Below the pieces are notes generated by a model. That model was not told the origin of the DNA and did no database searches. It was given only the letters and a program-made list of their open reading frames with translations. This document shows positions 39,901 through 53,458 of a stretch of DNA of 61,975 nucleotides, piece by piece (positions within the stretch are counted from its first letter, which is position 1; every line of letters starts with the position of its first letter). A program made the translations under genes and the position numbers. Source of the stretch: Ancylonema sp. (Eukaryota); assembly GCA_050230475.1 (NCBI GenBank), contig JBFLGF010000114.1, positions 1 through 61,975 of the forward strand, read 5' to 3'.

Positions 39901-42900
39901 TTCGGTGATGCACTACGGAGCCACCAATCAAGTGTGCAATCTTATTGATATGCTGAAGCTCTCACTAATCCTTTGATTCATGTATATTAAAAACTTATTC
40001 GCCGACGCTCACACCGAGTCACCTTTGTTATCAAGTCGTTGCTCGTTCCAATATCCACCGTTGTCCACCGTTGTACTTTCACACAGAAAGCATAACTTTT
40101 ACGGTTGTCGATCTCAGCAAAGACTACTTTGTTTAAGATACGATATTTTCACCTCACTTGAGTATAAGAGTGTAGAAGTCGGCTCGCCCTCGGCGTGAAG
40201 TAGAGTACTACACCTGATTGCTAAGGCGACAAAAATTGATTTATTTATATCTCAGTATAGACTTTGCATCTCGACTTAGTGCGAGAAACACAGGTACTGA
40301 CCGTGAATTATGTCATCCAAATAGTTAAATTAAATAGTCAAACCTTGCTTTCGATAACATTTCTAAAAACTACGCCATCAACAAAATAAAAAAAGCCAAC
40401 TTCCCACAACTTTCAGAAGTCAAGAGACCGATTCGGGCGGCCGACTTCAAACCACACGTCACTTGTACCGTAGCCTTTGAGTTGCCAACCTTAGCTTTGG
40501 TTAACTTCGTTGAGAGCTTGGGGGGGGGAGTATAACCAAAATGGTGCATGTCTAGCTTTGTGTGTTGCTATGCGATGCGGTGGTGTGTGTGATGTGTTGC
40601 ACGTAGCTGGCAATGTGTTTCGCATCTCTGGTGTACGGTGCGTGGACGGAACTCAATCCGCACCTGTCCACATGTGTCCTTGTAGCATGTATTGAAGTGT
40701 GCCTTTGCTAGCGCACGTGTGAGTGTACGGTATGACATCATCGATAGTCATACGCCATTTACGTTGCATACACATAGAGTTTCAAAGAAAATAAAGAAGG
40801 ACAATACGAGGGATTATGAGGAATTATTGTAGTCACTCAAACAATAAGTAGTTTAATGAGGCTACGCCACCAGTTTAAACGCTAATCGTCTTAAACATAC
40901 AAAGCTATAGATGAAATACTAATAAGTTTGTTGTTTACTTCTACAGATAGTCTTTCCGGTTGATTGATTTTCGGCGTTATACCACAGGATGGGGGTAGGG
41001 GGAAGTGATTATAAGTTGTTGGGGTTCTCACGGCTCAAGGTCTATGAAGCAGCGCAATATCGTCCCGGCGTTTGTACACCAGTTCACGTTCGAAATGCCG
41101 GGTGCAAATGGAAAGGATATCGGCGTGTAGAACGGATGTTTGTTCCCACACGCCAATGTGCTTTCTATTTGCATTTTCTATTGGCAGTCTTTTGACCGTG
41201 GTCTTGTTTACAGACGCAGTGAAGATGTCCCCGGATGGGTTGTCACCGTGGCACCATTGGCACCATGAGCACTGCAGAGAAAGTTGTGGCCGCGTACAAC
41301 TTCGTTTCGCTCCAAAGTCCACCAGCCGGGAGGTTGGGAACAAACTTTAGTTATTTCCCCCTTCTCCTTTTCCTCCCCCTCCCCACTACACTTTGCATCC
41401 TGTGCCCCTCTCTCCCCGCCCTCCCCCCTCCTCCCTCCACTCTCCCTTCTCCCTCCTCATTTCTCTCTCACCTTGCTCCCCCCCCACATACTCCACACCC
41501 CCTGTAGGCTCCATTGAACGCTTCCATGGGTGGGGGGGTAGGAGGGGAAATACAAGATGGCGGAACGTATTTACGGCTTCCCCTTGAGAAACAATAGGGG
41601 GATCCTCCTCTTACCTCCAAACTAGCTGGAGCGTGGGGTGGGGCGAGGGGAGAGGGGAGATGAGGGGCAGAGGCCGGTGGTATGAGAATCCGAGTGGGTG
41701 AAGTCAACAGAGGGGGGGTGAAGTCTGGAAGGGAACCAACAAAGCAGGTTGGGGTTAGGGTTCATGTGAGGGTATCATGTTGGGGTTCCACGTCCATATT
41801 CGGATTCATGTTCATGCTTGGGGTTGGGGGGTCGATTTCGTACTTCACACGCCCCTCTCGTCAATTTGTCCACTACCACGTGGCAGAAGATTGCAAACGA
41901 CAGTTGGCACCGGGTATTCTCCGACTTCCACCTGTCGCCGCCCCCAAGTACACATTCACGTGGCACCTTGGCAGGGGTGACAGGTGGGTGCCCCCTGGAA
42001 GGCCAAGTCTGGATGCAGCGCCAGCATAACCTGAGGCGGGGGGGTGGCAAGGTCAACTCCTCTGTATAGGCACCCCTCTGAATAGGCACACCTTTCCAGA
42101 CACTTAGCAACAAATTGATAACGTTTGTTACTACCTGCAGGCACAACCTCCATATAAGCATCCAAATCGCCTACCACCGAAGGGGTGCCTATAGAAGGGG
42201 TGCTCTTTACCTGTGGTTGTGCCATCCGTCCTCACCCCACCCCCTTCACACACCTCCTTGCCACACAGCCTTGCCACACAGGCCGCAGAGGGACTTGAGG
42301 GGGAAGAAAGAGGGCAGGGGGAACATTCGGGGCGGTTAACCACTCTTCTATAGATCTGACAATCTGAAAGTCGGGACCTAGATTCAGACAAATGCGAGGC
42401 AGCTCACAGGGGCGGGGGAACATTCATGATAGGTCGAGCTCAGAGGATATCGGTGACGAAAACCTGATACGGCGTACGGTTACGATGTAAAAATACAGGC
42501 CTGGCAATACTCATGGTTACGGTTACGGTTACTGTATCGGTTATGGTATCATATACGTGGAGGCAAGGGCTGATACGAGACGATAGGGCGAGAAGAGTCT
42601 ACATCTGCTGACGCGCCAAATTTTATCAAGGTACGGGGTTACAGAGAGGCAAGGAATATCAATGGTGAATCACGGTGCAGAGGTTCCCTACCGGTATTCA
42701 AGATCGAGCCAAGGTTATCTAGTGACTTGAGAATGTATTTCCCTGTAGGTGTAGACTCGAGGCAGCCTGCTGCCCACGTGCCAGGTGTCCATGTTTAAAG
42801 ACGGACCTGCTGTGAAACGCCACGTGTCGCGACTAACACCTGCCCTCCCTCATCTTCGTCCCTGGTCCACCCTTCCCCGTAATCGTATTCATTTGCCATC

Positions 42901-45900
42901 TGCGAAAACCGTAATTCGACTTGCAAAGCGATGAGGTGTCCATTGAAAACGAAGAAGAAAAGCAGAAACGCAGAAACAAAGAAACGGTAAACGCAAAAAA
43001 AAAAAAAAAAAAAATAACTGTGTATGCTCACACGGCAGTGAGGCGACAGTCGCTTACTCCTCCAATCCCCACGCGCAAGTGCTTATAATCCTGCTTGACT
43101 ACATGACAGCTGGCAGCGGAACATAAGATATCAGGTCTGGTTCTCACGTTTCAGCAAACCGAGGTCGATGGGGCGCCATGAATCTGCCAGGAAACCGCCA
43201 AGTCATCACAACTCCGGCAACCATTTTCTGGTTACAGGACAGCAATACAGTCGCAGTCACTCCTGCGACCACTGACCGAGAATGCCGTGACTCCCAGGCA
43301 GGTGCAGGGCGTAGTAGATGAAATTGAACCACTTTCACGCCGGGTGACATGGTTTCTATATCGGAGCAGCACGAGTTTCTGGGCGTCATTTTGCGCGCGA
43401 AATTCAACACATACATGGGTCATCGCCTGTGCATGATTCCCAACCCGGCTGGGCACAAGAATCGGTTAGGGGTAGATACCCGGTAGCAAACTCCTACCGC
43501 GAAAATAGGGTGTCTCCAACCGTAGCCATGGCCATCCGTCCGAACAGCCCAGGAGACTTGCGGGGCGCCGTACACCTGTGCCTCCGCCGTCCTCCCCCTC
43601 CCTCCCATCTGGATCTGCCGTCCTCTCCCTACGCCATTCCCATCCCAGATGGGAGTCGGAAACCCAGGTTGGGGATCAGGCGCCATCCTCCGTCTGCCCT
43701 CCAACATCAGATGGGGCCATCCCAAGCTGGGATTCCCTAGCAGGAGTTCCTGCGGAAGGAGTTTTGACGCGATCCGAGCGCAGGGTTCTGTCTCCGGAAG
43801 TTTCTTCGGCCAGTTTGCAAACAGTGTCAGCTGTATAGTACAGCTTGCAAAGCAAGGTACAACTGTACTTCGCGCCAAAAGAGAACACGACACGACACGC
43901 ACTTCTGCGTCTTTGTTTCTAGGTGGCACAAAGATGTCATTCGCCTGTCGACCACTAGTTGGTGCGCGCCGGACGAGGCACAGCAGCTGCAATGGAAATA
44001 TCTCACAGGGTTTATCGAGAGGACATGGAGGTATGCGCTGGTTTGTAAGACCCCCGTTTCGTTTGAACGGGTCTCGAAGGAGACATGGTTACCGGCTGAC
44101 CCTCCTTGGTGTGCTGCTGGATGGAGGGAGGGAGAATGGACCTTCATATCTTAAACCCGAATGTGACTGGGCCGGGTAATGGATGACATTGGCAGTGGGC
44201 CTGTTACTACTGCATTGGATGTTGGTTCTCCGTCTCCAAACAAATGCACATAATTTTTGTTCTTAGACCGCCGCTTCCCTTATTGCTGTGTACCTTTTTC
44301 GCTCTCCTCCTGTTTTTTCCCTTGATGTGTAATCGCTGCTTTGCTCCCTTATCCCTCATTCTTATTCCGAGCATCCTTCTTGGCTGCTTCAGGTTCACAT
44401 TCTGTTCCTTGGCTCTCTTGACGCGTCCACTGCTCCGTCACGCGACACCATTCCACAGAGGATGATGATGATGTCGACGGTGAGTGTACATACATACAAT
44501 CATATACTTGCATTTGTGTATGTAATTGGATGACCATGTACATTTACATTTTACACCTCATATATTTATGCATACTTTTCCGCATAGTCGAGTCATTTTC
44601 GTGTTATAGATTTGTTATGTCTGTGGTGCATATAAGCATATGTATGTATGTGTAATGTAATATTTACATGCATCCCATGAACCTGCCGTTTGTACATGTA
44701 TGTATATATGGATCAGTCGTTGGACGCACATATGTATGTGTAAATCTGTGATGAAGCGTTACGCATACAGATAAGTATATTCGCATCGATGTACCATACC
44801 CGCCAGGTGGATAGCCCCCCCCCCCCCCTCTTGTCAAAATCGATACGCACCCCTCAGCCCCATCCCCATAGCAATTATTAATCAAGCCTAACGGGTAAAC
44901 CCCCATCAAATCAGCGCATAAAACCCAGTGATAATCCTTGATACCCTCATACCCCCAACTCCCCCTACCAACCCTTCCTAGCCCTCTACCAGCCCCTACC
45001 CCCCTCAATTTATCATTGGGCGTGCGGGCACCTGGAGCTTGAATCGCAGCCTGCAGCCCGCAGCCCAGCTCGCAGCTCCCAGAAAACGAGTGAAGGCAAT
45101 CTCGAGGAAGGCCGCCTTGCGTAGCATGCTCAAAACCAAACACCCCCCAACCCCACCCCTGCCCCCCCCCCCCCCCGCGCTGCCCCCCTCCAGCTGCCCC
45201 ATCCTTTCCCCTTCACCTCCCCCACCCCTCTACCCTGTCGCCTAATAACCATCTGCCCCCCCTCCTCCTCCCATCAGACCCAGTAAAGTAGTCAACACTC
45301 CACTCGCTGCGCAGCAACTTCCCAGAATCTTCTCCCGTCTCCTCCCACTTCACTCCCTAGAGGGGAGTCTTTGCCGAACTGGAGGCTGCCACCCGACCCC
45401 CAACCCCACCCCCACCCCCACTCCCACTCCCCTCCCTACCCAACCCCTGCTGCGTACGTCTGTGTCAGGTGGGGGGACATCCACCTTCTTCTTCCCACCA
45501 GCTCCTCATAGATCCGACAGCAAACCAAAAACCGAAAACAAAGCCTCACGTATCAAAAAGTTGGAGCGCTCACACTTTCCTTGACTCGCAGGTAGCCATG
45601 AACCGACTTGTAGACAGACGTACTATTCCTGTTCGGATGTTTTCCAACCAGACCGCTGTGGCGGTGCTTCCTGCACTGCTTCGGGGTTTAACTCCTCAAG
45701 TGGCTCACAAGGACACACAGGAATAAAAAAAGGTCTACAGTTTCAGGTCCTTCCTTTGTTCTTGCTCTGCACTCTTACGCAGAATGTGATGTACTCATGC
45801 TGGTTATGCCGTGGTGTACTCTTTTTCTTACGTTTGTAGGTATCCATCCCCATCACAATGAGTGTGAATGCTGTAGGATCACATTGGACAGGATACCTGC

Positions 45901-47211
45901 AACCAGAGACCCAAGACTATGTAATCATTGGTCCCTGACCCCAAAACCCCTCCCCTTAACCCCCCAATCCCCCCCCCTTCCCCTCCCGCTGCCTACCACC
46001 CCTTGCCCCCCCCCATTGCGGCACTTCTTCAGATCTTCTTGACACTCAAATGGTTGCGCAGCAACTTCTCGGAAACTTCCCCCGTCTCCTTCCACTCGAC
46101 TCCAGGGACATGAGGCTTCCTTCTGAAGGCATTGAACCGAATCAACGAACTGGTGACCCCCACCCACCCCTGGCTGCGCAGCTTCCTGCCAGGTGGGCGA
46201 CATTCACCCTCCCCTCCCATATTCCCATGTTCGTACCACTTCCAAAACCTCGCAGCAGTAGCAGCCCCTTCCCTCATGCTCCCATACACTCAGACAGAAG
46301 TGTATAGTCCAGACATCATGTCGCAGCCTGCCCAACAAGACTAGATCAAAAGTTGAATCTGGAACCTGGAAATCGAAATCCAGACCACAAACCTGAAACC
46401 TGAACCTGGAACCCAGACCTGAACCTTGAAGTTTGAAACCTAAAACTCGGATCTGCATATTCCGAAAATGTACTTGACGCCAGCCCGTGTAAGAGCCCAT
46501 TTGTATCCCTTCCCACCAGAACCTTATCCTCTCCCCCCCCAACCCAACCAGCAGTTGCAAAAGTTGATAAGCGACATGCCAGCTGGCACTCCAAGGCATG
46601 TGCCTTCCTGGAACCTTCCTCCTACGGTGGAGGGGGGTGGGGTGGGTGGCTAAGCGAGCCGGCTGGATTGGCCACAAGTTCGTTTGAACAGAAATAGGAT
46701 GTGTGGAGGAACTTAACAGATGTAGCCAGGTGTATAGACAACCAGACTTGGAGCGCTTGACTTTTGTTGTCAGGAGGATGATAACAAAGACTCGTTTATT
46801 GGTAGCCAAGTGTCGACTTGTGAAGTGAGCTGGTCTGATCAGGTTTGTATTCTGATAATAATGTGAACGATTATTTGTTTGGAGCTACCCAAGTCTCATC
46901 TAGATTTGGATTGAGCAATTGTGAATGAATATGAATAATTAAGCCATAGACCATTTTCGTTTTAATGTTCAGAATGGAAGCACAAGTGCACTTTTGGAAA
47001 CGCAAAGATTGAGAAGGAAACACATATCTTTCTATCGCCATTCGAAATAATGACGAACTAAAAGCTTCAAATACGAAACATCCCTACGCCTACCCCTGAA
47101 TCTAATTTCTGAGTCGGGGAACAACATACCCGACTCATCGTACACCTCTCATAGGCACTCCAATCATCATTGTATCTACTCAACTTCTCTCTTTCACATG
47201 ACAGATGGTAA

Positions 47212-47775
47212 TCATAGATGCATGTAGTTATCATAGCCGCACACGTATTTATTGACATAGCCGTGCCCGTAGGCGTAACGAATACCGCACCCATAGTCGC
47301 CACCGCACTTGTAGTATTTGTAGTAATTGTCATACGGGGGAGGGTACACGGGGAACTGCCACGCATACGTGGTGGAAGGAGTAGGGACCACCTCCGCTTC
47401 CAAAATAGCCTGCAGAGTGTCAACCTCTTCATCACTGAAGTTGAGATCCGAAAGCGGAGTCAAAGAGGGGAGTAGGGGTGGGGTTGGGGGTGGGAGTGGG
47501 GGCGAGCGGACGACATTCCGACGCTTGGAGATATTCCGACGCTTTGAGGGTGGCTGGATCCCCGTGCGTGGAGAAGGTTTTCGTGCTGGTCGATCACGGC
47601 GAGCCTCTTTTTTCGCCTGTTCGTACACTCGCTTGGCTTCCGCGGCTGTTTTGAAAGTCCCCAACCAAACTCGTACCCCATTTCCTATCCTGACTTCCGT
47701 GACAAATTTACCGTAACGGATTCGCACTCCCGAATAAATATTTCGCACCTCTTCTCCATTATTTACTTCAGGCAT
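47212..47775 (-). CDS. Intronless AP2/ERF-domain protein (divergent) with Tyr/Gly/Cys-rich C-terminus
   Basis: YSGVRIRYGKFVTEVRIGNGVRVWLGTFKTAAEAKRVYE matches the AP2 consensus YRGVR...GKW.AEIR...RVWLGTF.TAEEAA.AYD. It is followed by basic NLS-like and Pro-rich stretches. ATG at 47775 is chosen as the likely start. Confidence 0.8.
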   Translation of the reverse strand: MPEVNNGEEVRNIYSGVRIRYGKFVTEVRIGNGVRVWLGTFKTAAEAKRVYEQAKKEARRDRPARKPSPRTGIQPPSKRRNISKRRNVVRSPPLPPPTPPLLPSLTPLSDLNFSDEEVDTLQAILEAEVVPTPSTTYAWQFPVYPPPYDNYYKYYKCGGDYGCGIRYAYGHGYVNKYVCGYDNYMHL

Positions 47776-50700
47776 TCTGTTCACTCCGTTCCCGCTGATT
47801 TTCAAAGAGAGGCTTGCGACGGCGAGCTCTGTCAGATTACGGTGCAGGACGCCAGGCAGAGGTTCGGCAGGTAGAGCGCAGGGGCTCACTGCCAAGTACG
47901 CAGTGGGCCGCACCGAAACTTGGAATCTCATTCCACGCGGCGGCGCCGTGTTGAAGCAAAAGATGCTGCTCGCAAAGGCGTACTCTGATTCGATCCCTGC
48001 TTCCGGCGAATGCACCCTGACCGATCTGATTGGATGTCGTTTAAATACGTACTGAAACGTTGTCCGCGAGATGTTCCAAAATCCAATTATCGCGTTTTGT
48101 CCGGCGGATCTGATATCGTACGTGTGGGACCGCTCTGACAAGCGATCTGACGACTTGTAGGGCGTCAGACCTAAACAATACGAAAAATAACAAAGTACCG
48201 TACGTTCTGCGGAGCCCGCGAGCTCCGAGCTCCTGATCCTACGGATTTGCTCGGAGGCCGACGAGCTCGCAATTTTCGGGCTTAACGAGCCCGGGGCTCC
48301 TACGGGCTCCCGGCACGGGCTCCGATGGGCTTGGACGGGCTCAAACGATCTCCGACGTGCTCGATTTGCTTCCCTTTCGGACAAATTATCTGCAGATTTG
48401 ACATAACGTGTTCGAACGTCCGTGATATTTCCCCCAAAAAAAAAAAAAAACATGAAACGAGTTGGAGGTTAGTCCATAGACTATAATGGATATGTGGCCT
48501 CTCAACGATGTATTACAGTCACATTTTGGACCCCAAACTTCGTGATGCCCGAAATTGTTCCGAGTCACGGTATACATGTTTATCAAAATACATAAGGGAG
48601 ATAGGTTGTCTCAATTGATAGACTTAGAAGTACACATTGGGAGTTGCAAAAATGAAATGGTTAGCAAATTGTGAGTCTTCTTGATATGTTTGTTTAGTAA
48701 GGTAATGATTTAATCTGGAATGTAGTCGTATGTATATTGCGGTTCCTTGATACAAATACCCTGATGTGAATTTCATGTCGTTAAACTTCTCTAGCATCAA
48801 ATATTTGCTACCTAATGGTAGATGTAAAAACCATCAAAATATTGGTTGTTTCTATGCGTGTGTTGAGGTGCTCGTGTGTGTGTGCGGAAACGTATGATTC
48901 CATTCGATAAAACAATGCATCCATGAAGGACATGTCGCACATGAAACATCGTGCGTAGGAGACGATATAGGTTCCGGGAAGTTATCGAGAAAGTTAGGGT
49001 ACAAAGCTCTTCCTGTCCCTATTCTAGTGCAGTGGGCAAGGCACCCCCGCACGTGCGAAATTCAGCGCCAAACTAATTCTGCGAAACATTCACGAGCAAA
49101 TCTAGTTGGCCAATCAAAACTCACGGCGAGCGGACGTGATCCGACTTGCAGGCCCGCGGTACACGGGTGACTTGTAGACCGCTATAACGAATGCAAGCTA
49201 CTTAGTTACGGTTGGGGCGTATCTACCAGTAACCGATCGGCTACAACGGGGGAGAACCCGCTATAAGCTACCGATCCCTAGCACTACGACATTCATTCTC
49301 CACGTCAGACATGGTGACATCTCACGCGCCAAGTCGGCGGCTAATGGTGTCTCTCCGATCGGAATTTTCATAGATGTCCTTCTGCTACATGCTAGGTAGG
49401 TATGAGGTTTTGTTAGATTCGTGGCGGCAAAAACAAGTACTTGGCGGCGAGAAGATATCATTATGCATCAAAGTCTTGACTTGAGACGGTAGATGATTAG
49501 CTTGGCAAATCTTTCCTTCACCCCTTTCAACCACACCAATGAGATTCGGCTTGTGGTGATGTCGATAGGCGGAAAAATTAAAAACAAAATAAATTAAACT
49601 AGCCGTATGGAAAACTACATACGGCAAGAATCATGTATGCAAACGGTTGTATGCAAACGGCAGCCACGTATTGGTGCAACTATGGTAGTAAGGTTCCGTA
49701 TCACAAATTACTAAGGGACGTCATCTCTTGTCAATGACGTACCCCCATCCCCCAACCTTCGTCCGAGAAACCCGGCCAATTATTTCTGGCCGGGCCCGGA
49801 TCCGCAATTTTGAGGGGTGCAAATTTTTTTATAAGTACAATTTTGGCCGTATGGGCGTATGCCATACGTCCGCGTATGGCAAACGCCGTATGGGCCGATT
49901 TTTTCCATTTGCATGCTACTATACTTTTAATTCATCGAAAACTACCTATGTCATGATACCCGTGCGCGTACTTGTATAACATACATCACGATACACACAC
50001 GGATTGATTTTTATTTTTTGGATTTCGATAACACCAATAAAAATACTTTACTAAACAAGTTTTCACTTTGCCAACATCTACGATTCCCTCCGATAAAATA
50101 ATTGACCCTGATTTCATAAGTAAATGTCGTTATAAACCGGAAAAAAAAACACACAAACCCCGAAATATGAAATGAGAAACAAAATCAACCTTGCTAAAAA
50201 TAAACTATTTTCTCAGCTTTATTCCCCCCCCGCTAAAATTCCCTCGATATGAGCATAGAAAAATCCGATATAAGAAACATAAGAACATATGAAACATTTC
50301 CGATTGTAATTATTACGGATTTAAATTAATATCTAAATTAAAATGACCGTAATTTTTTTTTTGTATGATTCAATTCTTCGTTTATTTAGTTTCTCGCAAC
50401 CTTCTCTAATCAATAATCTACGTGTAGAACGTGAGTGCAAATATAATAACGAAAGCTTCTTAGGTCCTTTGATTCGACTATTGCACGTCCACTTGTATAA
50501 AAAACTATCGCACGCTCAAAGATTTGACGACCAGTTGGATCCACGTGCCCCAAATCCGTTGTAAGAAGCAGTTTTGCGAGGTCTCCCTTAGAAGTGCTTT
50601 TTGTACACGGTGTAAGAAATACTCGCTGTGAGAAACTTGTTCCCCAACATTTTAGATTTCTTGTATCAGGGCTTGAGTGTACCTAGGTTTTACGTATTAC

Positions 50701-51562
50701 GGAGGTACGATATTAGGTTTATTTTATTTTATTTTTACATTACGTTTCAGTTTTACTTTTTTTCCGTTCCGTCTCGTTTACGTTACGGTCTTACATTTTT
50801 TTACGTTTTCATTTGTACGTGTAGGAAAGTTGTTATGTGCCTTTCCAAGTGTTGTAAACTCAAACCTCGATATAAGAAACTTCGTTATAAGAAACTCTTC
50901 GCTATGAGAAACCATTTTGCAATTTGGAAAGCGGCTGGAAAGCGACTGGGAAACGGCAGGTCAGCTCACAATGTCAAGCGACGGTCCCAGGTGAAGTCTG
51001 TCGCCGGCCGCCAGCCGCGACCCTTTATCGGCCGAAAGCCACCCCTTGTCAACAAATCATGCCCGAAGCTGGAAAACGTACGGTGCAGTCTTGATATAGT
51101 GACACACTGTACAGTGACAATCGCGATATAGTGACATTTTTTTTGCCTTTTTTCTAATCCTATATAAAAACCTACTCTATATAGTGACAATCGCTATAGT
51201 GACACACGTTATAGTGACCAAAAAATCCAGATTTTTGTATTGCGATGTCACTATACGGTGAAACTTGTCTAAATTTATACTGTGAAAATTAATAACCTGT
51301 TTATCTTAATGCATAATATTCTGCCTGAATTGTTTTTAGCCAAAATGTGACGCGTAAATTAATAACCAGTCTAATTTGTTTTTTTTTTTTTTTTTAATGG
51401 TTCCAACATTAGTCATGTAGACAGGTTTTACTATAACGAGAGGATGTTAAAACAAAAGCAGTTTGGATGAGCCACCTCCGTTAAAAATATCGATCTCAAT
51501 TTCACTTTCTCTCGATATAGTGACATTTGCCTATTGTCGCCTTATCAAATGTCACTATATAG

Positions 51563-53458
51563 TAGGGATGGGGCGCAACCCCAAACCCCTTTGGGTTGCG
51601 TGTTGTTGTTTTTTTCGCAACCCCACGCAACCCCACCCAACCCCACGCAACCCCAAGTAGCAACACGCAACCCCAAAAAGCAACACGCAACCCCGAAAAG
51701 CAACACGCAACCCCAAAAAACCACCAAAAAAAGGGTTTTCACCCCCAAATGATACAATGCGAGTTTGGAAAGAAATTCATGATACATGTAATGCGAGTTG
51801 AAAATTCTTATTAGTAACGCACAGCACATGAGAAAGATACAATCATTGGAAGGTAGTTCGATAATTTCAGTGTAAACATGACTTGTATTTCTTTTGCATG
51901 TCGATATTTTATGCCTTTGAAGTCAATTTTCGGCTTTGATTGAATCGTTGGTTTTCTTTACTTGAAAGTGTCTTCATCCATAATGCAACGAACGTTTGTA
52001 TATTTTTCCATTATCTTAATTCAAACCTTTTGAATCGTTCAACTCGTGTTACTCCGTATACGTGTTGCTCCGCAACAACAATTCCCATTTCTTCACTATT
52101 TTGTAGGATTAAATAGCAGTCGGTCGTTCGTTACATATATCCTTGTATTGTAAAGTTAACGTACTAATTCACAATGTTACCATTTCATGGGAGTGTCACA
52201 CCATTGCAACGCTTTGGAGTAAAACGGGGGGGGGGGAAATCAATACTTGGGGCCATTGTATGAGTAATGTTTTTAGGTGGGTGTGAGAGACTGCACATAG
52301 ATGTTTAGCAACGAACATTACAGGTATTGGATTCGGACCGACACATTTAACAAATTTATTGTGATACATACCAAAATTGTCATAAATAAAAGTGCCGCAG
52401 TCATAACTCGAATCGTAAACGATGACTAGTCTGGAATCATAAATTTTATACCACCCTATGGTGGCACATGTATAACAAGGATCTACTATCAACTATCCCA
52501 AATTGTAGGCAAGGACGTCAGCAATGCTAATGGACGGCATCTTCAAGTTGCCAAAGAGGAACTCAAGAGTGACTTTCTCACAGCCCGTCGGTACATCCTC
52601 ATCTTCATCACACTCTTCACTCCAACCCCGGCTTTTGTACAAAGCCCCTGGCTTTGTTTGCTTTTTTGTTTGTTTTGCGCCGCCACTAGGACGTTGTACG
52701 AAGTGTACCCCCCACTTGACCAAAGCGTGTACATACTGGCTGTAGACCTTTTCTCCCACAGGAAGTACCGTTGGGGAACTAGATCTACGTGAATTACCAG
52801 AGCCTGAAACGGAGGTCTCTGGTGCTCTACCTCCACTACTTTCGTTGGCCATGGCTCCCTCCCCACAGTACAATGAAACCTCTCCTAATTAATAGTGTGC
52901 TCATTAATAACCTGTCTTAAGTAGTAGCAAAATTTCAGCCCGATTTCGGATTATTACCCAGAATCTAACGTGTTAATTAATAACCTGTAGTAATTGATCA
53001 TTTTCCCCGGTCCCGATAGTATTAATTAAGATAAGTTTTACCATACAAATCGTTCGCTAAGACAAGTTTTACTATACAAATCGTGTAATGGTCAACACAT
53101 TTGAGTGTTAAATGTGGAACTCTGAAGAAGCTTCGTCCCTTCCAAGATGAGGGAAATCCGTAACGAAAAATCTGAACCAAAGATCGAGATATCGATCCTA
53201 TAATGGCATCGATAAATTCCTTCTCTTGTTATTTTTCGCAACCCCACGCAACCCCACGCAACCCCAAAATGCAACACGCCACCCCAAAAAGCAACACGCA
53301 ACCCCAAAAAGCAACACGCAGCCCCGACGCAACCCCGCAACTCGCAACTCCGTGTTGCGGGTTGGGTTGGTTGGGTTTGGCCTGCTCGGAGGCGGGAGTT
53401 GCGCAGCCCGAACGTAGTTGCGGAGTTGGGTGGGGTTGCGGGTTGGGCCCCATCCCTA
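51563..53458. mobile_element. Non-autonomous hAT-like element family B, both ends intact
   Basis: TIRs TAGGGATGGGGC / GCCCCATCCCTA (Ac/Ds-like TAGGGATG start). 8-bp TSD CTATATAG (51555-51562) / CTATACAG (53459-53466). CACGCAACCCC subterminal arrays at both ends. Confidence 0.9.
52871..53043. mobile_element. Short Emigrant-like MITE nested in the hAT-like element
   Basis: TA|CAATGAAACCTCTCCTAATTAATA ... TATTAATTAAGATAAGTTTTACCA|TA, with the ATTAATAACCTGTCTTAA and CCGGTCCCGA motifs shared with 10544-11104. Confidence 0.65.

Noticed and set aside
38600..40450. Decayed coding-like AT-rich stretch as an endogenous viral or TE remnant
   Set aside because: No frame stays open and I recognise no motif, so it cannot be supported without a search.
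47776..48453. N-terminal 226-aa extension of the AP2 ORF
   Set aside because: It starts in a poly-T run, crosses GGGCTC repeat clusters and has no recognisable motif. It is more likely promoter/5' UTR that is open by chance, though this is not excluded.
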